A DNA stretch of 64,000 bases from an uncultured Chloroflexia bacterium (lineage in GTDB: Bacteria; Chloroflexota; Limnocylindria; Limnocylindrales; CSP1-4): contig CAWEYL010000001.1 of the NCBI GenBank assembly GCA_963813335.1, positions 1,088,001 to 1,152,000 on the forward strand. Reading direction: 5' to 3'. The notes beneath the pieces are model-generated. The model saw only the letters and a list, made by a program, of their open reading frames with translations. It was not told the DNA's origin and did no database searches. Both the position numbers and the translations under genes were made by a program. Of the stretch, positions 1-9,921 are shown piece after piece. Every line of letters begins with the position of its first letter. Positions within the stretch are counted from its first letter, which is position 1.

Positions 1-631
1 GGCCGTGCGAATGGAGCTCGTAGCGCCGCGTCCGCCGGCGCTCGAGGTTGGGCACCAGCGCGTCCACGAGGCGCTCGGCCTCGCGCAGCTCCGCGGGGGT
101 CATCCGGTCGAACTCGCGGTGGCGCAGGACCTCGCCCTGGCTGTACGCGTCGGGCGAGACGATCAGCCCGGCGATCGGCGCCTCATCGTCGGCGTCCTGG
201 TCGTCGGAGGCCGGGATCGGCACGCCGCCCTCGTCGGGCCGCTGCTCGGTCGTCTCGCTGCCGTCGCCGGCCTGCGGCGATGCGGCGCCCTCCACCTGAT
301 CGGCGCTGCCGTCCTGGCCGCCGACCGGCGGCGGCTCGAAGCCGCTCGGGAGCCGCGAGCCGCGGCGGCGCCACCAGCGGTCGAAGACGGCCTCGTACGT
401 GGCACGGTCGTCGCGCCGGCGCACGAAGATCGCGGCGCCGGCGCCGCGGACCTGCTCGCGGTCGCCGATGTCGACGAGGGTCAGCGCCCGTGCGAAGTCG
501 ACCGACGCCCCGATGTCGATGGAGAGCCGCGCGGCCCGCAGCGCCCGGGCGAAGCCGACCGATTCGCCCAGCAGGCGCCGCCCATCGACCTCGGCACCGA
601 ACGGCGGACGGACGACGGCGGGGTCGGACAC
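1..631 (-). CDS. VWA-domain CoxE-like protein, 5' part (runs off window start)
   Basis: Manual translation from GTG at 631: MSDPAVVRPPFGAEVDGRRLLGESVGFARALRAARLSIDIGASVDFARAL...YEAVFDRWW, resembling the CoxE N-terminus; directly downstream of a MoxR ATPase in a cox cluster. Confidence 0.8.
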   Translation of the reverse strand, partial: MSDPAVVRPPFGAEVDGRRLLGESVGFARALRAARLSIDIGASVDFARALTLVDIGDREQVRGAGAAIFVRRRDDRATYEAVFDRWWRRRGSRLPSGFEPPPVGGQDGSADQVEGAASPQAGDGSETTEQRPDEGGVPIPASDDQDADDEAPIAGLIVSPDAYSQGEVLRHREFDRMTPAELREAERLVDALVPNLERRRTRRYELHSHG

Positions 632-638
632 GGGTCGC

Positions 639-1556
639 TCAGCCGCTCGCCGCGGCCTCGGCGAGGATCCGCCGGGCGGTGTCGCCGCGGACCTGGCGGA
701 TGTCCTCCTCGTACTTGAGGACGACCCCGAGGGTCTCGTCGACCAGCTCGGGCTGCAGCTCGCGGGCCCCGAGCGAGAGGAGCGCCGCCGCCCAGTCGAG
801 CGTCTCGGCGATCCCGGGCACCTTGGTGAGGTCCGCCTCGCGGAGCCGATGGACGAACCCGACGACCTCGCGCGCCAGCTGCTCCGGCGCGTCGGGTACC
901 CGCGCGAGCACGATCTCGAACTCCTTCTGGGCGGTCGGGAAGTCGATCCAGTGGTAGAGGCAGCGGCGCTTGAGCGCGTCGTGGACCTCGCGCGTCCGGT
1001 TCGAGGTCAGGATCACGCGGGGCGGGCGCTCGGCCGTGATCGTGCCGATCTCCGGGACGGTGACCTGGAAGTCGGACAGGATCTCGAGGAGGTAGGCCTC
1101 GAACTCCTCGTCCGCCCGGTCGATCTCGTCGATGAGCAGCACCGGGGCGACCCCGTCGGTCGCCTCGAGCGCCTGGAGGAGCGGCCGGCGGATCAGGAAG
1201 TCCCTGCCGAAGATGTCGTGGGCGCTGGCGCGGTCGGCCTCGCCGCGGGCCTCGAGCAGCCGGATCTCGAGCATCTGGCGCGGGTAGTTCCACTCGTAGA
1301 CCGCGGTGTTGACGTCGAGCCCCTCGTAGCACTGCAGGCGGATGAGGGGCGCCCCGAGCGAGGCCGACAGGACCTTGGCGAGCTCGGTCTTGCCCACGCC
1401 GGCCTCGCCTTCGAGGAGCAGCGGCCGGCCGAGCTCGAGGGCGAGGAAGACGGCCGTCGCGAGCGAGCGGTCCGTGATGTAGTCGCGCCCGCGGAAGTCG
1501 GCCTGGATCGCCTCGATGGAGCGGGTGCCGGCGGGGCGGCTCTCTCGGTCGGTCAT
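639..1556 (-). CDS. MoxR-family AAA+ ATPase (CoxD-like)
   Basis: Walker A GEAGVGKT, RLQCYEGLD, Walker B LLIDEIDRAD, HDALKRRC. Confidence 0.93.
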   Translation of the reverse strand: MTDRESRPAGTRSIEAIQADFRGRDYITDRSLATAVFLALELGRPLLLEGEAGVGKTELAKVLSASLGAPLIRLQCYEGLDVNTAVYEWNYPRQMLEIRLLEARGEADRASAHDIFGRDFLIRRPLLQALEATDGVAPVLLIDEIDRADEEFEAYLLEILSDFQVTVPEIGTITAERPPRVILTSNRTREVHDALKRRCLYHWIDFPTAQKEFEIVLARVPDAPEQLAREVVGFVHRLREADLTKVPGIAETLDWAAALLSLGARELQPELVDETLGVVLKYEEDIRQVRGDTARRILAEAAASG

Positions 1557-1609
1557 GGCCGGACTCTACACGGAACCTTCGCCCGGGGTCGCGCCGAGCG
1601 TCCGCGGCA

Positions 1610-2131
1610 TCACCACTGCTCCTCCCGACCGCCGCGAAGGGCACGGCCGATGCGGTGCCACACCCGCTCCGGCGGCGAGACGGGCGGCACGACGCGCGAC
1701 GCGTCCAGATCGCTCGGGTCCTTCGCAAGGCGGATCACCGCCGCGACCTCGTGGAGGAGCTGCCGTCGATAGGCACGCGCCAGGGCCAGCCGCGCCACGC
1801 CGGCGATCGGTCCGGACACGTCGAACGCGTGGCGGACTCGCGCGCCGATCGGGCTCGGTTCTACCTCGTAGGTGTTGATGATCGTCAGGAAAGCCGGTCG
1901 CACGACGAGCTCCAGGGCCCGGCCGGGAACGAAGCGCCGGATCTTGCAGTGGTAGACCGTGCCGTAACCGGCGCGCACGTCCACGGTCCCGCCCTCCACC
2001 AGCGGCCCGTCCGAGCGTGCCCACGTGGCGTTGTGTCCCCATGCGCCCCACGTCGACGGGTCCGCGTACAGCGCGAACACGGCCGCAGGATCGACGTCTG
2101 CCTCCTGGATGCTTTCGATCGTCCAGCTCAT
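1610..2131 (-). CDS. SRPBCC/polyketide cyclase-fold protein
   Basis: 'VFALYADPSTWGAW' N-terminal pattern and typical size. Confidence 0.7.
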   Translation of the reverse strand: MSWTIESIQEADVDPAAVFALYADPSTWGAWGHNATWARSDGPLVEGGTVDVRAGYGTVYHCKIRRFVPGRALELVVRPAFLTIINTYEVEPSPIGARVRHAFDVSGPIAGVARLALARAYRRQLLHEVAAVIRLAKDPSDLDASRVVPPVSPPERVWHRIGRALRGGREEQW

Positions 2132-2143
2132 CGTTGGGCCTCG

Positions 2144-3187
2144 CTATCCGTCCGGCGCGTCGAGCTCGCGCGCGTACGGCGGGAAGCGGAATCGTTGCGA
2201 GCGGGTCAGGATGCCGCCGTGGCCGAGCTTGGCCACGGTCCGCTCCGAGGCCGGCTCGCCGGACAGCAGGCGCGGCAGGAGCAGGTCGGCGGCTGTCGCC
2301 TTCGAGTACGCGCCGCAGGTCGGCAGGCCCAGGATCGACGTCGGCCCCACCCGGGCGAGCCACAGCATCGATCCGGGATGCGCCGGCACGCCGCGGCGGA
2401 CGACGCGCCCGCCGAGGGCCTCGATGGCGACGAAGAACGAGTCGCCCGGGTCGGTGCTCGCCGAGCCCGCGGTCAGGATCAGGTCGGCCTGGTCCGGCGG
2501 CCGGGTGAAGCGGGCCAGGGCGGCTTCGACCGCCTCGTGGTCGTCGTCCGTGTAGACGATGTCGACGATGGTCGACCCGAGGCCCTCGACCTTGGCCCGG
2601 ACGCTCGCCTCGAACCGCTCGCGCGCGGTCGCGCGCACGGACTCCTTGACGACGACCCCGACCCGGCCCGCGATGAACGGCGCGACCCAGACCAGCGGCC
2701 GGTTGCCGAAGTCGGCCAGGCGCGCGCCGGCGTCCACCGTCGCGGCCTCCACGACGTGCGGCGCCACCTTGATGCTCGCCACGAGGTCGCCGCGTTCGAC
2801 GATCTGGCCGTCGAAGACCGTGAAGACCTCGAGCGGGTCCAGGCGGTTGACCTGCTCGAGCTCGGCGATCCGGACGTTGACGACCCCGGGCGTGGCGGCC
2901 ACGAGGTCCATCCGGCTCTGGTTGGGGCCGCGGATCTCCAGCCCCGGTCCGGCGACGGCCTTCGCGAGGCGCAGGGCGGCGTCGTCCTCGTGCAGCTCGC
3001 CGGCCTCGGCGATCAGCACGGTCACCGGCGGGCCGGGCTCGGCCGCGGCGAGCGCCCGGACGTCGTCGTCGGTCAGCCGGCGGCCCTTGGACCAGCGCTG
3101 CTCGCCGACGACCAGGTCGCGGGCGAGGATCCCGCCGGTCAGGCGCTGCGGCACGCGTCGGCCGGGCGTGACCCGTTCGACGCGCAT
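2144..3187 (-). CDS. Molybdopterin-binding (MoeA/MogA-like) accessory protein
   Basis: LHEDDAA, LILTAGSASTDPGD, GVPAHPGSMLWL, ILGLPTC; cox context. Confidence 0.85.
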   Translation of the reverse strand: MRVERVTPGRRVPQRLTGGILARDLVVGEQRWSKGRRLTDDDVRALAAAEPGPPVTVLIAEAGELHEDDAALRLAKAVAGPGLEIRGPNQSRMDLVAATPGVVNVRIAELEQVNRLDPLEVFTVFDGQIVERGDLVASIKVAPHVVEAATVDAGARLADFGNRPLVWVAPFIAGRVGVVVKESVRATARERFEASVRAKVEGLGSTIVDIVYTDDDHEAVEAALARFTRPPDQADLILTAGSASTDPGDSFFVAIEALGGRVVRRGVPAHPGSMLWLARVGPTSILGLPTCGAYSKATAADLLLPRLLSGEPASERTVAKLGHGGILTRSQRFRFPPYARELDAPDG

Positions 3188-3205
3188 GCCGCCTCGCCGG
3201 TCAGG

Positions 3206-4060
3206 TCAGGCGGGACGGCCGAGCGCGGCCTCGATCGCCCGTCGCGTGTAGACCTCGGCCATCCGGGTCCGGTACTCGCGATCGGCATGGATGTCACTGT
3301 TGACGGTCACCCCGTCCGTCGCGTGCGCGGCTGCGGCCGCGACGGCCGCCGCCGACCCGTCCGAGCCGACGAGGGCGGCCTCGACGGCCGTCGCCCGATA
3401 GGCGACCGGGCCGACGCCGGTGAGCGCCACCCGGGCATGGCTGACCGACCCGCCGCTCGAGGCGACGACCGCGGCCACCCCGACGACCGAATACCCGGAG
3501 GCCGGCTGCGCCAGCTTGCGGTAGGCGCCGCCGGCACCGGCCGGGAGCGGCCCGCGGCGCACCGAGACGAGGATCTCGTCGGCGGCGATGGCGGTCTGGA
3601 AGGGGCCCTCGAAGAACCCGTCGACCGGCACGACCCGCTCGCCGCGGGCCGAGCGCAGGACGACCGAGTAGTCGAGCGCGAGCGCGAGCGCCGGCAGGTC
3701 CGAGGCCGGGTCGGCATGGGCGATCGCCCCGCCGACCGTGCCGCGGTTGCGGACCTGGACGTCGCCGATGCCCAGGATCGCGTCCCTGGCGAAGTCGAGC
3801 TGGGTGGTCTCGAGCACGTCCGCGTAGGTCGCGAGCGCGCCGATCTGGTAGCCGCCGTCGGGGAGCGGCCCGGAGCCCTTGAGCTCCGCGAGCCGGCCGA
3901 TGTCGATGAGCGTCTCGGGGCTGGCCAGCCGCAGCTTCATGAGCGGCAGCAGGCTCATCCCGCCGGCCAGCACCTTGGCCGAGCCGTGGGACGCGGCGAG
4001 CGCGGCGAGCGCCGCCTCGAGGGTGGCCGGGCGCTGGTAGCCGAACGCCGCCGGGATCAT
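3206..4060 (-). CDS. coxM: Xanthine dehydrogenase/CODH family FAD-binding medium subunit (CoxM-like)
   Basis: MIPAAFGYQRP, LAGGMSLLPLMKLR, QVRNRGTVGG..ADPASD; start overlaps the large-subunit stop (ATGA). Confidence 0.9.
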   Translation of the reverse strand: MIPAAFGYQRPATLEAALAALAASHGSAKVLAGGMSLLPLMKLRLASPETLIDIGRLAELKGSGPLPDGGYQIGALATYADVLETTQLDFARDAILGIGDVQVRNRGTVGGAIAHADPASDLPALALALDYSVVLRSARGERVVPVDGFFEGPFQTAIAADEILVSVRRGPLPAGAGGAYRKLAQPASGYSVVGVAAVVASSGGSVSHARVALTGVGPVAYRATAVEAALVGSDGSAAAVAAAAAHATDGVTVNSDIHADREYRTRMAEVYTRRAIEAALGRPA

Positions 4061-6478
4061 GCCTGGCCTCCCTTCGCCGACTGGATGGCACGCCACACGG
4101 TCTGGCCCGTGTACGGCATGTCGAGATGGCGGATCCCGAGCCCGCTCAGGGCGTCGACCACGGCGTTGGCGACCGCGGCCGTGCTGGCGATGGCGCCGGC
4201 CTCGCCGACGCCCTTGACGCCGATCGGGTTGACCGGCGACGGGGTGACGGTCTCGTCCAGTTCGAACGCCGGCAGCCACGAGGCGCGCGGCAGCGCGTAG
4301 TCGAGCATCGAGCCGGTGAGGAGCTGGCCGTCGTCGCTGTAGACGGCACCCTCCCAGAGCGCCTGGCCGACCCCCTGGGCGATGCCGCCGTGGAGCTGGC
4401 CGTCGACGATGAGCGGGTTGATCTTCTTGCCGACGTCGTCGACCGCCACGTAGCGGACCAGGTCCACCGCGCCGGTCTCCTCGTCGATCTCGACGATCGC
4501 GATGTGGGTCCCGAACGGCCACGTGCAGTTCGGGGTGTCGTGGTAGGCGGTCTCGTCGAGGTACGGCTCCATGCCCTCGGGGGCATCGAAGGCGAGGTCG
4601 AGCGCGAACGCGATCTCCTGGAAGGTCTTGACCTTGTCGGGCGAGCCCCTGACCCGGTAGTTCGCGCCGTCGATCTCGATGTCCTCGGGCGAGGCCTCGA
4701 GCATGTGCGCGGCGTAGCGCCGCGCCTTCTCCTTGACCTTGCCCGCGGCCTTGATCGCCGCGGTGCTCCCGACCGACGAGGTCCGGCTGCCGTACGAGCC
4801 GTAGCCGAACGGCGTCCCCTGCGTGTCCGAGTGCTGGACGACGACGTCCTCCATCGGCACGCCGAGCTCGTGGGCGATGACCTGCGCGTAGGTCGTCTCG
4901 TGGCCCTGGCCCTGCGGCTGGGTGCCCATCGTGAGCGACGACCTTGCCGGTCAGGTGGACGCGGATGTTGGCCGATTCCCACATCGCCGCGCCCCAGCCC
5001 TCGCCGACCGCGCCGATCCACTTGGACGGGGCGACGCCGCAGACCTCGATATAGGTGCTGAGGCCCATCCCGAGGAGCTTGCCGCGGGTCTTGGCCTCGG
5101 CCTTCTTGGCGGCGAGGTCGGCGTAGCCGGCCATCGCGAGCGCCTTGTCCATGGCCGGTTCGTAGTTGCCGGAGTCGATGTAGATCTTGGCGCCGCCGGA
5201 CGCGGTCCCCAGGCCGGACGGGTTCTCGTACGGGAACTTGTCGGGCGCGATGAAGTTCCGGCGCCGGACCTCGGCGCGGTCCATGCCGATCTCGGCCGCG
5301 AAGAGGTCCATGGCCCGCTCGATGACGTAGGTCGCCTCGGGGCGGCCGGCGCCGCGGTACGCGTCGACGAACGTGGTGTTCGTGTAGACGCCGGTGACCT
5401 CGGCATAGACGTTGGGGATCTTGTAGCAGCCGCTCAGGACGCGGGCGTAGAGCGTCGTGGGGATGCCCGGGCCGATCGTCGAGAGCCGGCCGCCGAGGTT
5501 GGCCAGGGTCTTGACCCGCAGGCCCGTGACCTCGCCGTCGCGCTTGCCCGCGATCTCGAGGTAGGTGATGTGGTCGCGGCCGTGGATGGTGCTCTGGTAG
5601 TTCTCGCGCCGGCCTTCGACCCACTTGACCGGCACGCCGCCGAGCGCCTTGCTGGCGAAGAGCGTCAGGGCGAAATCGGCGTAGCAGAAGATCTTCGACC
5701 CGAAGGCGCCTCCGACATCGGGGCTGATGCAGCGGATCTTGTGCTCGGGCACGCCCATCACGAAGGCGGCCAGCAGCAGGCGCTGGATGTGCGGCGTCTG
5801 GCTCGACATCCAGATCGTGTACTCGTCGGTGCCCGGGTTGTACCAGCCGATGTCGCCGCGCGTCTCCATCGAATTGGGGATCAGCCGCTGGTTGACGATC
5901 CGCTGGCGGACCACCACCTCGGCCCCGTCGATCGCGGCGTCCGTGCCGGCCTTGTCGCCGACGCTCCATTCGAAGACGACGTTGTTGGGGGCGTTCTCGT
6001 GGAGCTGCGGCGCCCCGGGCTGGGTCGCCTTCTCGGCATCGACGACGGCCGGGAGCGGTTCCCAGTCGACGACGATGGCGTCGAGCGCGTCATAGGCCTG
6101 CGCCTCGGTCTCGGCGACGACCGCCGCGACACCCTCACCGGTCCACTTGACGCTGTCGGTCGCGAGGATGCGCGGGGTGTTGACGTTGTTCTGGATGCCG
6201 GCGCTGCCGCCGGCCGGCCAGGCCATCGGGAGCGGGTTGTAGGGGATGTCCGCGCCGACGAAGACGGCGAGGACGCCCGGTCGCGCCTTGGCGGCCGAGA
6301 TGTCCACGGACTTGATGTTCGCGTGCGCGTACGGGCTGCGCAGGATGGCCATGTGGGCCATCGAGGCGAGCTTGATGTCGTCGAGGTAGTTGCCTTCGCC
6401 GGTGATGAAGCGGGGGTCCTCGACCCGCTTGATCGGCTTGCCGAGGGGGCTGGTCGGGGCGTCGAGCACGTCGGTCAT
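4057..6478 (-). CDS. coxL: Molybdopterin large subunit, form II CoxL-like; one frameshift near 4935
   Basis: RVEDPRFITG, GGAFGSK, active-site AYRGAGRPE, QGQGHET, GQLHGGIAQG, GVKGVGEAG; two ORFs (ending GKVV.. and starting MGTQPQ) join with a 1-nt indel. Confidence 0.88.
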
Positions 6479-6494
6479 GGTCGTCTCCCCCTGC

Positions 6495-6989
6495 CTACGC
6501 GGTGACCGGGGCGCCGGCCCCGTCACGCATCGCCACGGCGGCCGCGCGGATCGCGGCCACGATGTTGTGGTAGCCGGTGCAGCGGCAGATGTTGCCCTCC
6601 AGCGCGTGCCGGATCTCGTCGTCGGACGGGTCGGGGTTGTGCGCCAGCAGGTCGGCCGCGGTCATGATCATGCCCGGCGTGCAGAACCCGCACTGCAGCC
6701 CGTGCTTCTCCCAGAAGGCGTTCTGCAGCGGGTGCAGGCCGGTGTCGGGGGCCATCCCCTCGATGGTCGTGACCTGCGCGCCGTCGGCCTGGACGGCGAG
6801 CATCGTGCACGACTTCACCGCGCGCCCATCGACGTGGACGGTGCAGGCACCGCACTGGCTGGTATCGCAGCCGACGTGGGTGCCGGTCAGGTCCAGGTCC
6901 TCGCGGAGGGCCTGGACCAGCAGCCGTCTCGGCTCGACGTCGAGGTCCCGTGTCGTCCCGTTGACCGTCAACTGGATGTGCTCGCCCAC
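6495..6989 (-). CDS. coxS: 2Fe-2S small subunit (CoxS-like)
   Basis: [27 protein letters not shown]; GGAGGAGG RBS. Confidence 0.93.
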   Translation of the reverse strand: MGEHIQLTVNGTTRDLDVEPRRLLVQALREDLDLTGTHVGCDTSQCGACTVHVDGRAVKSCTMLAVQADGAQVTTIEGMAPDTGLHPLQNAFWEKHGLQCGFCTPGMIMTAADLLAHNPDPSDDEIRHALEGNICRCTGYHNIVAAIRAAAVAMRDGAGAPVTA

Positions 6990-7096
6990 GGGCGTGACCT
7001 CCTCCGGCTACGTGTCGCGCGGCGCGTGTCCAGCCGCGCACCCCTGGAGCATCCGGGTCCTCGCGACGACGGGGAACGTGGTCGTCGAGGTGCGCC

Positions 7097-7125
7097 GATG
7101 GTGGCACCGTGGCGACCCGGAATCA
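7097..7125 (-). promoter_or_regulatory. Candidate sigma-70 promoter for the cox operon
   Basis: Minus strand TTGATT-17 nt-CACCAT with extended TG. Confidence 0.4.
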
Positions 7126-7138
7126 AGCGGGTCGCGGA

Positions 7139-8002
7139 TCAGGGTCGCGGCGGGCGCGACGACGATGGGTCGTAGCGCCCGAGGGCCGCGCTCCGGATGT
7201 CGATCGCGCGCGGATCGAGGGCGGCCATCCGCTCCGCCTGGGGCAGGCCCAGGATGCGCACTGCCTCGGCGATGCGCTCGAGCTTGCGGACGGCCGCGTT
7301 CCACGAGAGGCCGGCGAGCGAGCCGGCCGTGGCAAGCCCGACGCGCTGGATGCCGCGGCCGCCGCTCGCCGCGTAGCTCGCGGCCCAGACCAGCAGCTCC
7401 TTCGCGTCGTCGCTGCCCTCGGTGGTCGCGAGCGCGCCGCAGATGATCCCGCGCACGCGCGGGGCGGCGCGGACCAGGCGCCAGTTGTCCGGGCCGTCGA
7501 TGAGGTCGACCGCCAGGCTGGCATACGGGGTGGTCAGGATGGTCTCGGCCCCCGCGGCCTCGGCGGACCCCCCCACGATGGCCAGCGAGAGGTGGACGTC
7601 CGGCGCGGCATCGGTCAGCCGCTCGTGGAGGTCCAGGAACCGGGCACGGGCCGCCCCGTCGTCGCCGATGCGCACCGCCTCGGGCTCGTGGACCTCGATC
7701 AGCTGGCAGCCGGCGGCCGCCAGTTCGGCGATGCGGCGGCGCCACGGCTCCACCGAGCCGCCCAGGGGCACGCCCGCCGAGAACGGCCCCGCCAGCACCG
7801 CCTTGACGGCCGTGTCGGCCCGCGCTGCGGTCGCCCGCCAGGCCGCCACCGGGTCGTCGGCGACCAGCGGCCAGCCGCCGTCGGTCAGGGGCTCGAGGGC
7901 GGCGGCGAGCTGGACCTCGAGGACGGCGTCGAGGATGGCCTCGGGCGCGGCGTCCGGTTCGAGGGGCGGGCGCGGCAGCGGCCCGAGCAGGGTTCCGAAC
8001 AT
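7139..8002 (-). CDS. UROD/MetE-like TIM-barrel protein, degenerate
   Basis: [48 protein letters not shown] resemble the MetE-II fold; ATG 8002 with GGAGG RBS. Confidence 0.55.
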   Translation of the reverse strand: MFGTLLGPLPRPPLEPDAAPEAILDAVLEVQLAAALEPLTDGGWPLVADDPVAAWRATAARADTAVKAVLAGPFSAGVPLGGSVEPWRRRIAELAAAGCQLIEVHEPEAVRIGDDGAARARFLDLHERLTDAAPDVHLSLAIVGGSAEAAGAETILTTPYASLAVDLIDGPDNWRLVRAAPRVRGIICGALATTEGSDDAKELLVWAASYAASGGRGIQRVGLATAGSLAGLSWNAAVRKLERIAEAVRILGLPQAERMAALDPRAIDIRSAALGRYDPSSSRPPRP

Positions 8003-8145
8003 GGTCCTCCGTGGCCGTCGGTCCGGCCGGCGGGCCGGCGCGGTGCCGCGTCGCCGTCGGCGGCGTTCGCTAGCATGAGGGGACCGGGCCATCTTGCCAC
8101 AGGCGCCCGGGCACCCGGACACCGGTCCCCGCTCCGAGGCTCGCC

Positions 8146-9921
8146 TTGCCCGTCCTTCCGCCCCGACTGGTCCGTTTCGTCCCGATCCTCGGCTGGATCC
8201 CGACCTATGACCGCGCCGACCTGCGACCGGACCTGGTCGCCGGCCTCGTCGGCTGGGGTGTCATGGTCCCGGTCGCGATGGCCTACGCCGGGCTCGCCGG
8301 CCTGCCGCCCCAGATCGGGCTGGTCACCGCGTTCGCCGCGATGGCCGCGTACGCCGTCTTCGGCACGTCGCGCCACCTGAAGGTGACCACGAGCTCGTCG
8401 GTCGCGGTCATGTCCGCGGCGGTCGTCGGCGCGCTGGCCGTGGCCGGTGAACCCCGGTACGCCGAGCTGAGCGCAGCCCTGGCCCTGATGGTCGGCCTGT
8501 TCCTGCTCGTGGCCGGCCTCGCCCGGCTGGGCTTCATGTCGCAATTCCTCGCGAAGTCGGTGGTCACCGGCTTCGTCATCGGCCTGGCCATCACCGTCAT
8601 GGTGTCGCAGCTGCCGGCGCTGCTCGGCCTGCCGGCCTCATCGGGCGGCGTCCTCCAGCGCGTGCTGGACCTGCTCGGCCGGGGACAGTCCCTGAGCGTC
8701 AACACATTGGTCGTGGGCCTGAGCGCGGTCCTCCTCATCCTGGTGCTCCGCCGGACCGCCCCGAAGGTCCCGGGCGCCCTCATCGCCCTGGTCGGCGGGA
8801 TCGCCGTGTCCGCCGTCCTCGACCTCTCGAGCAAGGGGGTCGCGGTCGTCGGGACGGTCCAGACCGGCATCCCGTCTCCCTCGCTGCCGGTCGTCGCGAT
8901 CCAGGACATCGGCTTCCTCGCGACCGGCGCGATGGGGATCGTCTTCCTCGCCCTGGCCGAGAGCCTCGGGGCCGGCCGCTCGTTCGCCAGCCGCCATGGC
9001 TACGACCTGGACCCGGACCAGGAGCTGGTGGCCCTCGGCGCCAGCAACGTCGCGACCGGGATCTTCGGCGGCTTCGTGGTCGACGCCAGCCTGTCGCAGT
9101 CGGCGACCGGCGAGGCGGCCGGGGCGCGGACCCAGCTCGCCTCGCTCCTGACCTCCGCCCTGATCCTCGGCACGGCGATCGTCCTGGCCCCCCTCTTCGC
9201 GGACCTGCCCAAGGCGGTCCTCGCCGCGATCGTCATCACCTCGGTGCTGAGCCTGGTCGACCTGGACGAGCTGCGGCGCTACTGGGCGCTGCGCCGGACC
9301 GACCTGATCCTCGCTCTGACGGCGCTGGTCGGGGTCATCGCGACCAGCGCCCTCGTCGGGATGGTCATCGCGGTCATGCTCTCCCTGGCCGTCATCCTCT
9401 ACCAGGCCAGCCGCCCGTACATCGCCCACCTGGGACTGCTGCCCGGCAAGCCGAAGTCGTATGGCGACTTCTCGCGCCACCCGCGCGCCCGTGCGGTACC
9501 GGGGGTCCTCATCCTCCGCCCGGAGGTGCCGCTGACCTTCGTGAACTCGGGCGTCGCCAAGGACCAGATCGTGGCCGCCGTCCGCGCGGCCAGGCCCCAG
9601 CCGACGGTGCTGGTCCTCGACCTGAGTGCGACCGCCGACCTCGACATCGCCACGATCGACATGTTCGCGGAGCTGATCGCGTTCCTGCGCGACCTGGGGA
9701 TCACCCTGCGCCTGGCCCAGGTCCGCGGCACCGTCCGCGACCGGATGCGCCGTTCCGGGCTGATGGCCTCGGTCGGCGAGACCAACGTCTACCTGGCGAT
9801 GGTCGCCGCGGTCGAGGCGAGGGGCGAGGACGCCCAGGCCGCGGAAGCGCCGGAGACCAGCCCCGCCAGCAACGGCGCCGGCAGCGCGAGCGAGGCGGAG
9901 CCCGCCAACCCGCCGATCTGA
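8146..9921 (+). CDS. SulP-family anion transporter with STAS domain
   Basis: DLVAGL..VPVAMAYAGLAGLPP, YAVFGTSRHL, QELVALG, C-terminal STAS (LVLDLSATADLD). Confidence 0.93.
   Translation: MPVLPPRLVRFVPILGWIPTYDRADLRPDLVAGLVGWGVMVPVAMAYAGLAGLPPQIGLVTAFAAMAAYAVFGTSRHLKVTTSSSVAVMSAAVVGALAVAGEPRYAELSAALALMVGLFLLVAGLARLGFMSQFLAKSVVTGFVIGLAITVMVSQLPALLGLPASSGGVLQRVLDLLGRGQSLSVNTLVVGLSAVLLILVLRRTAPKVPGALIALVGGIAVSAVLDLSSKGVAVVGTVQTGIPSPSLPVVAIQDIGFLATGAMGIVFLALAESLGAGRSFASRHGYDLDPDQELVALGASNVATGIFGGFVVDASLSQSATGEAAGARTQLASLLTSALILGTAIVLAPLFADLPKAVLAAIVITSVLSLVDLDELRRYWALRRTDLILALTALVGVIATSALVGMVIAVMLSLAVILYQASRPYIAHLGLLPGKPKSYGDFSRHPRARAVPGVLILRPEVPLTFVNSGVAKDQIVAAVRAARPQPTVLVLDLSATADLDIATIDMFAELIAFLRDLGITLRLAQVRGTVRDRMRRSGLMASVGETNVYLAMVAAVEARGEDAQAAEAPETSPASNGAGSASEAEPANPPI

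Noticed and set aside
3206-6526. Apparent 1106-aa CoxL-CoxM fusion ORF
   Set aside because: Artefact of the indel near 4935; the middle of the ORF is out-of-frame junk.
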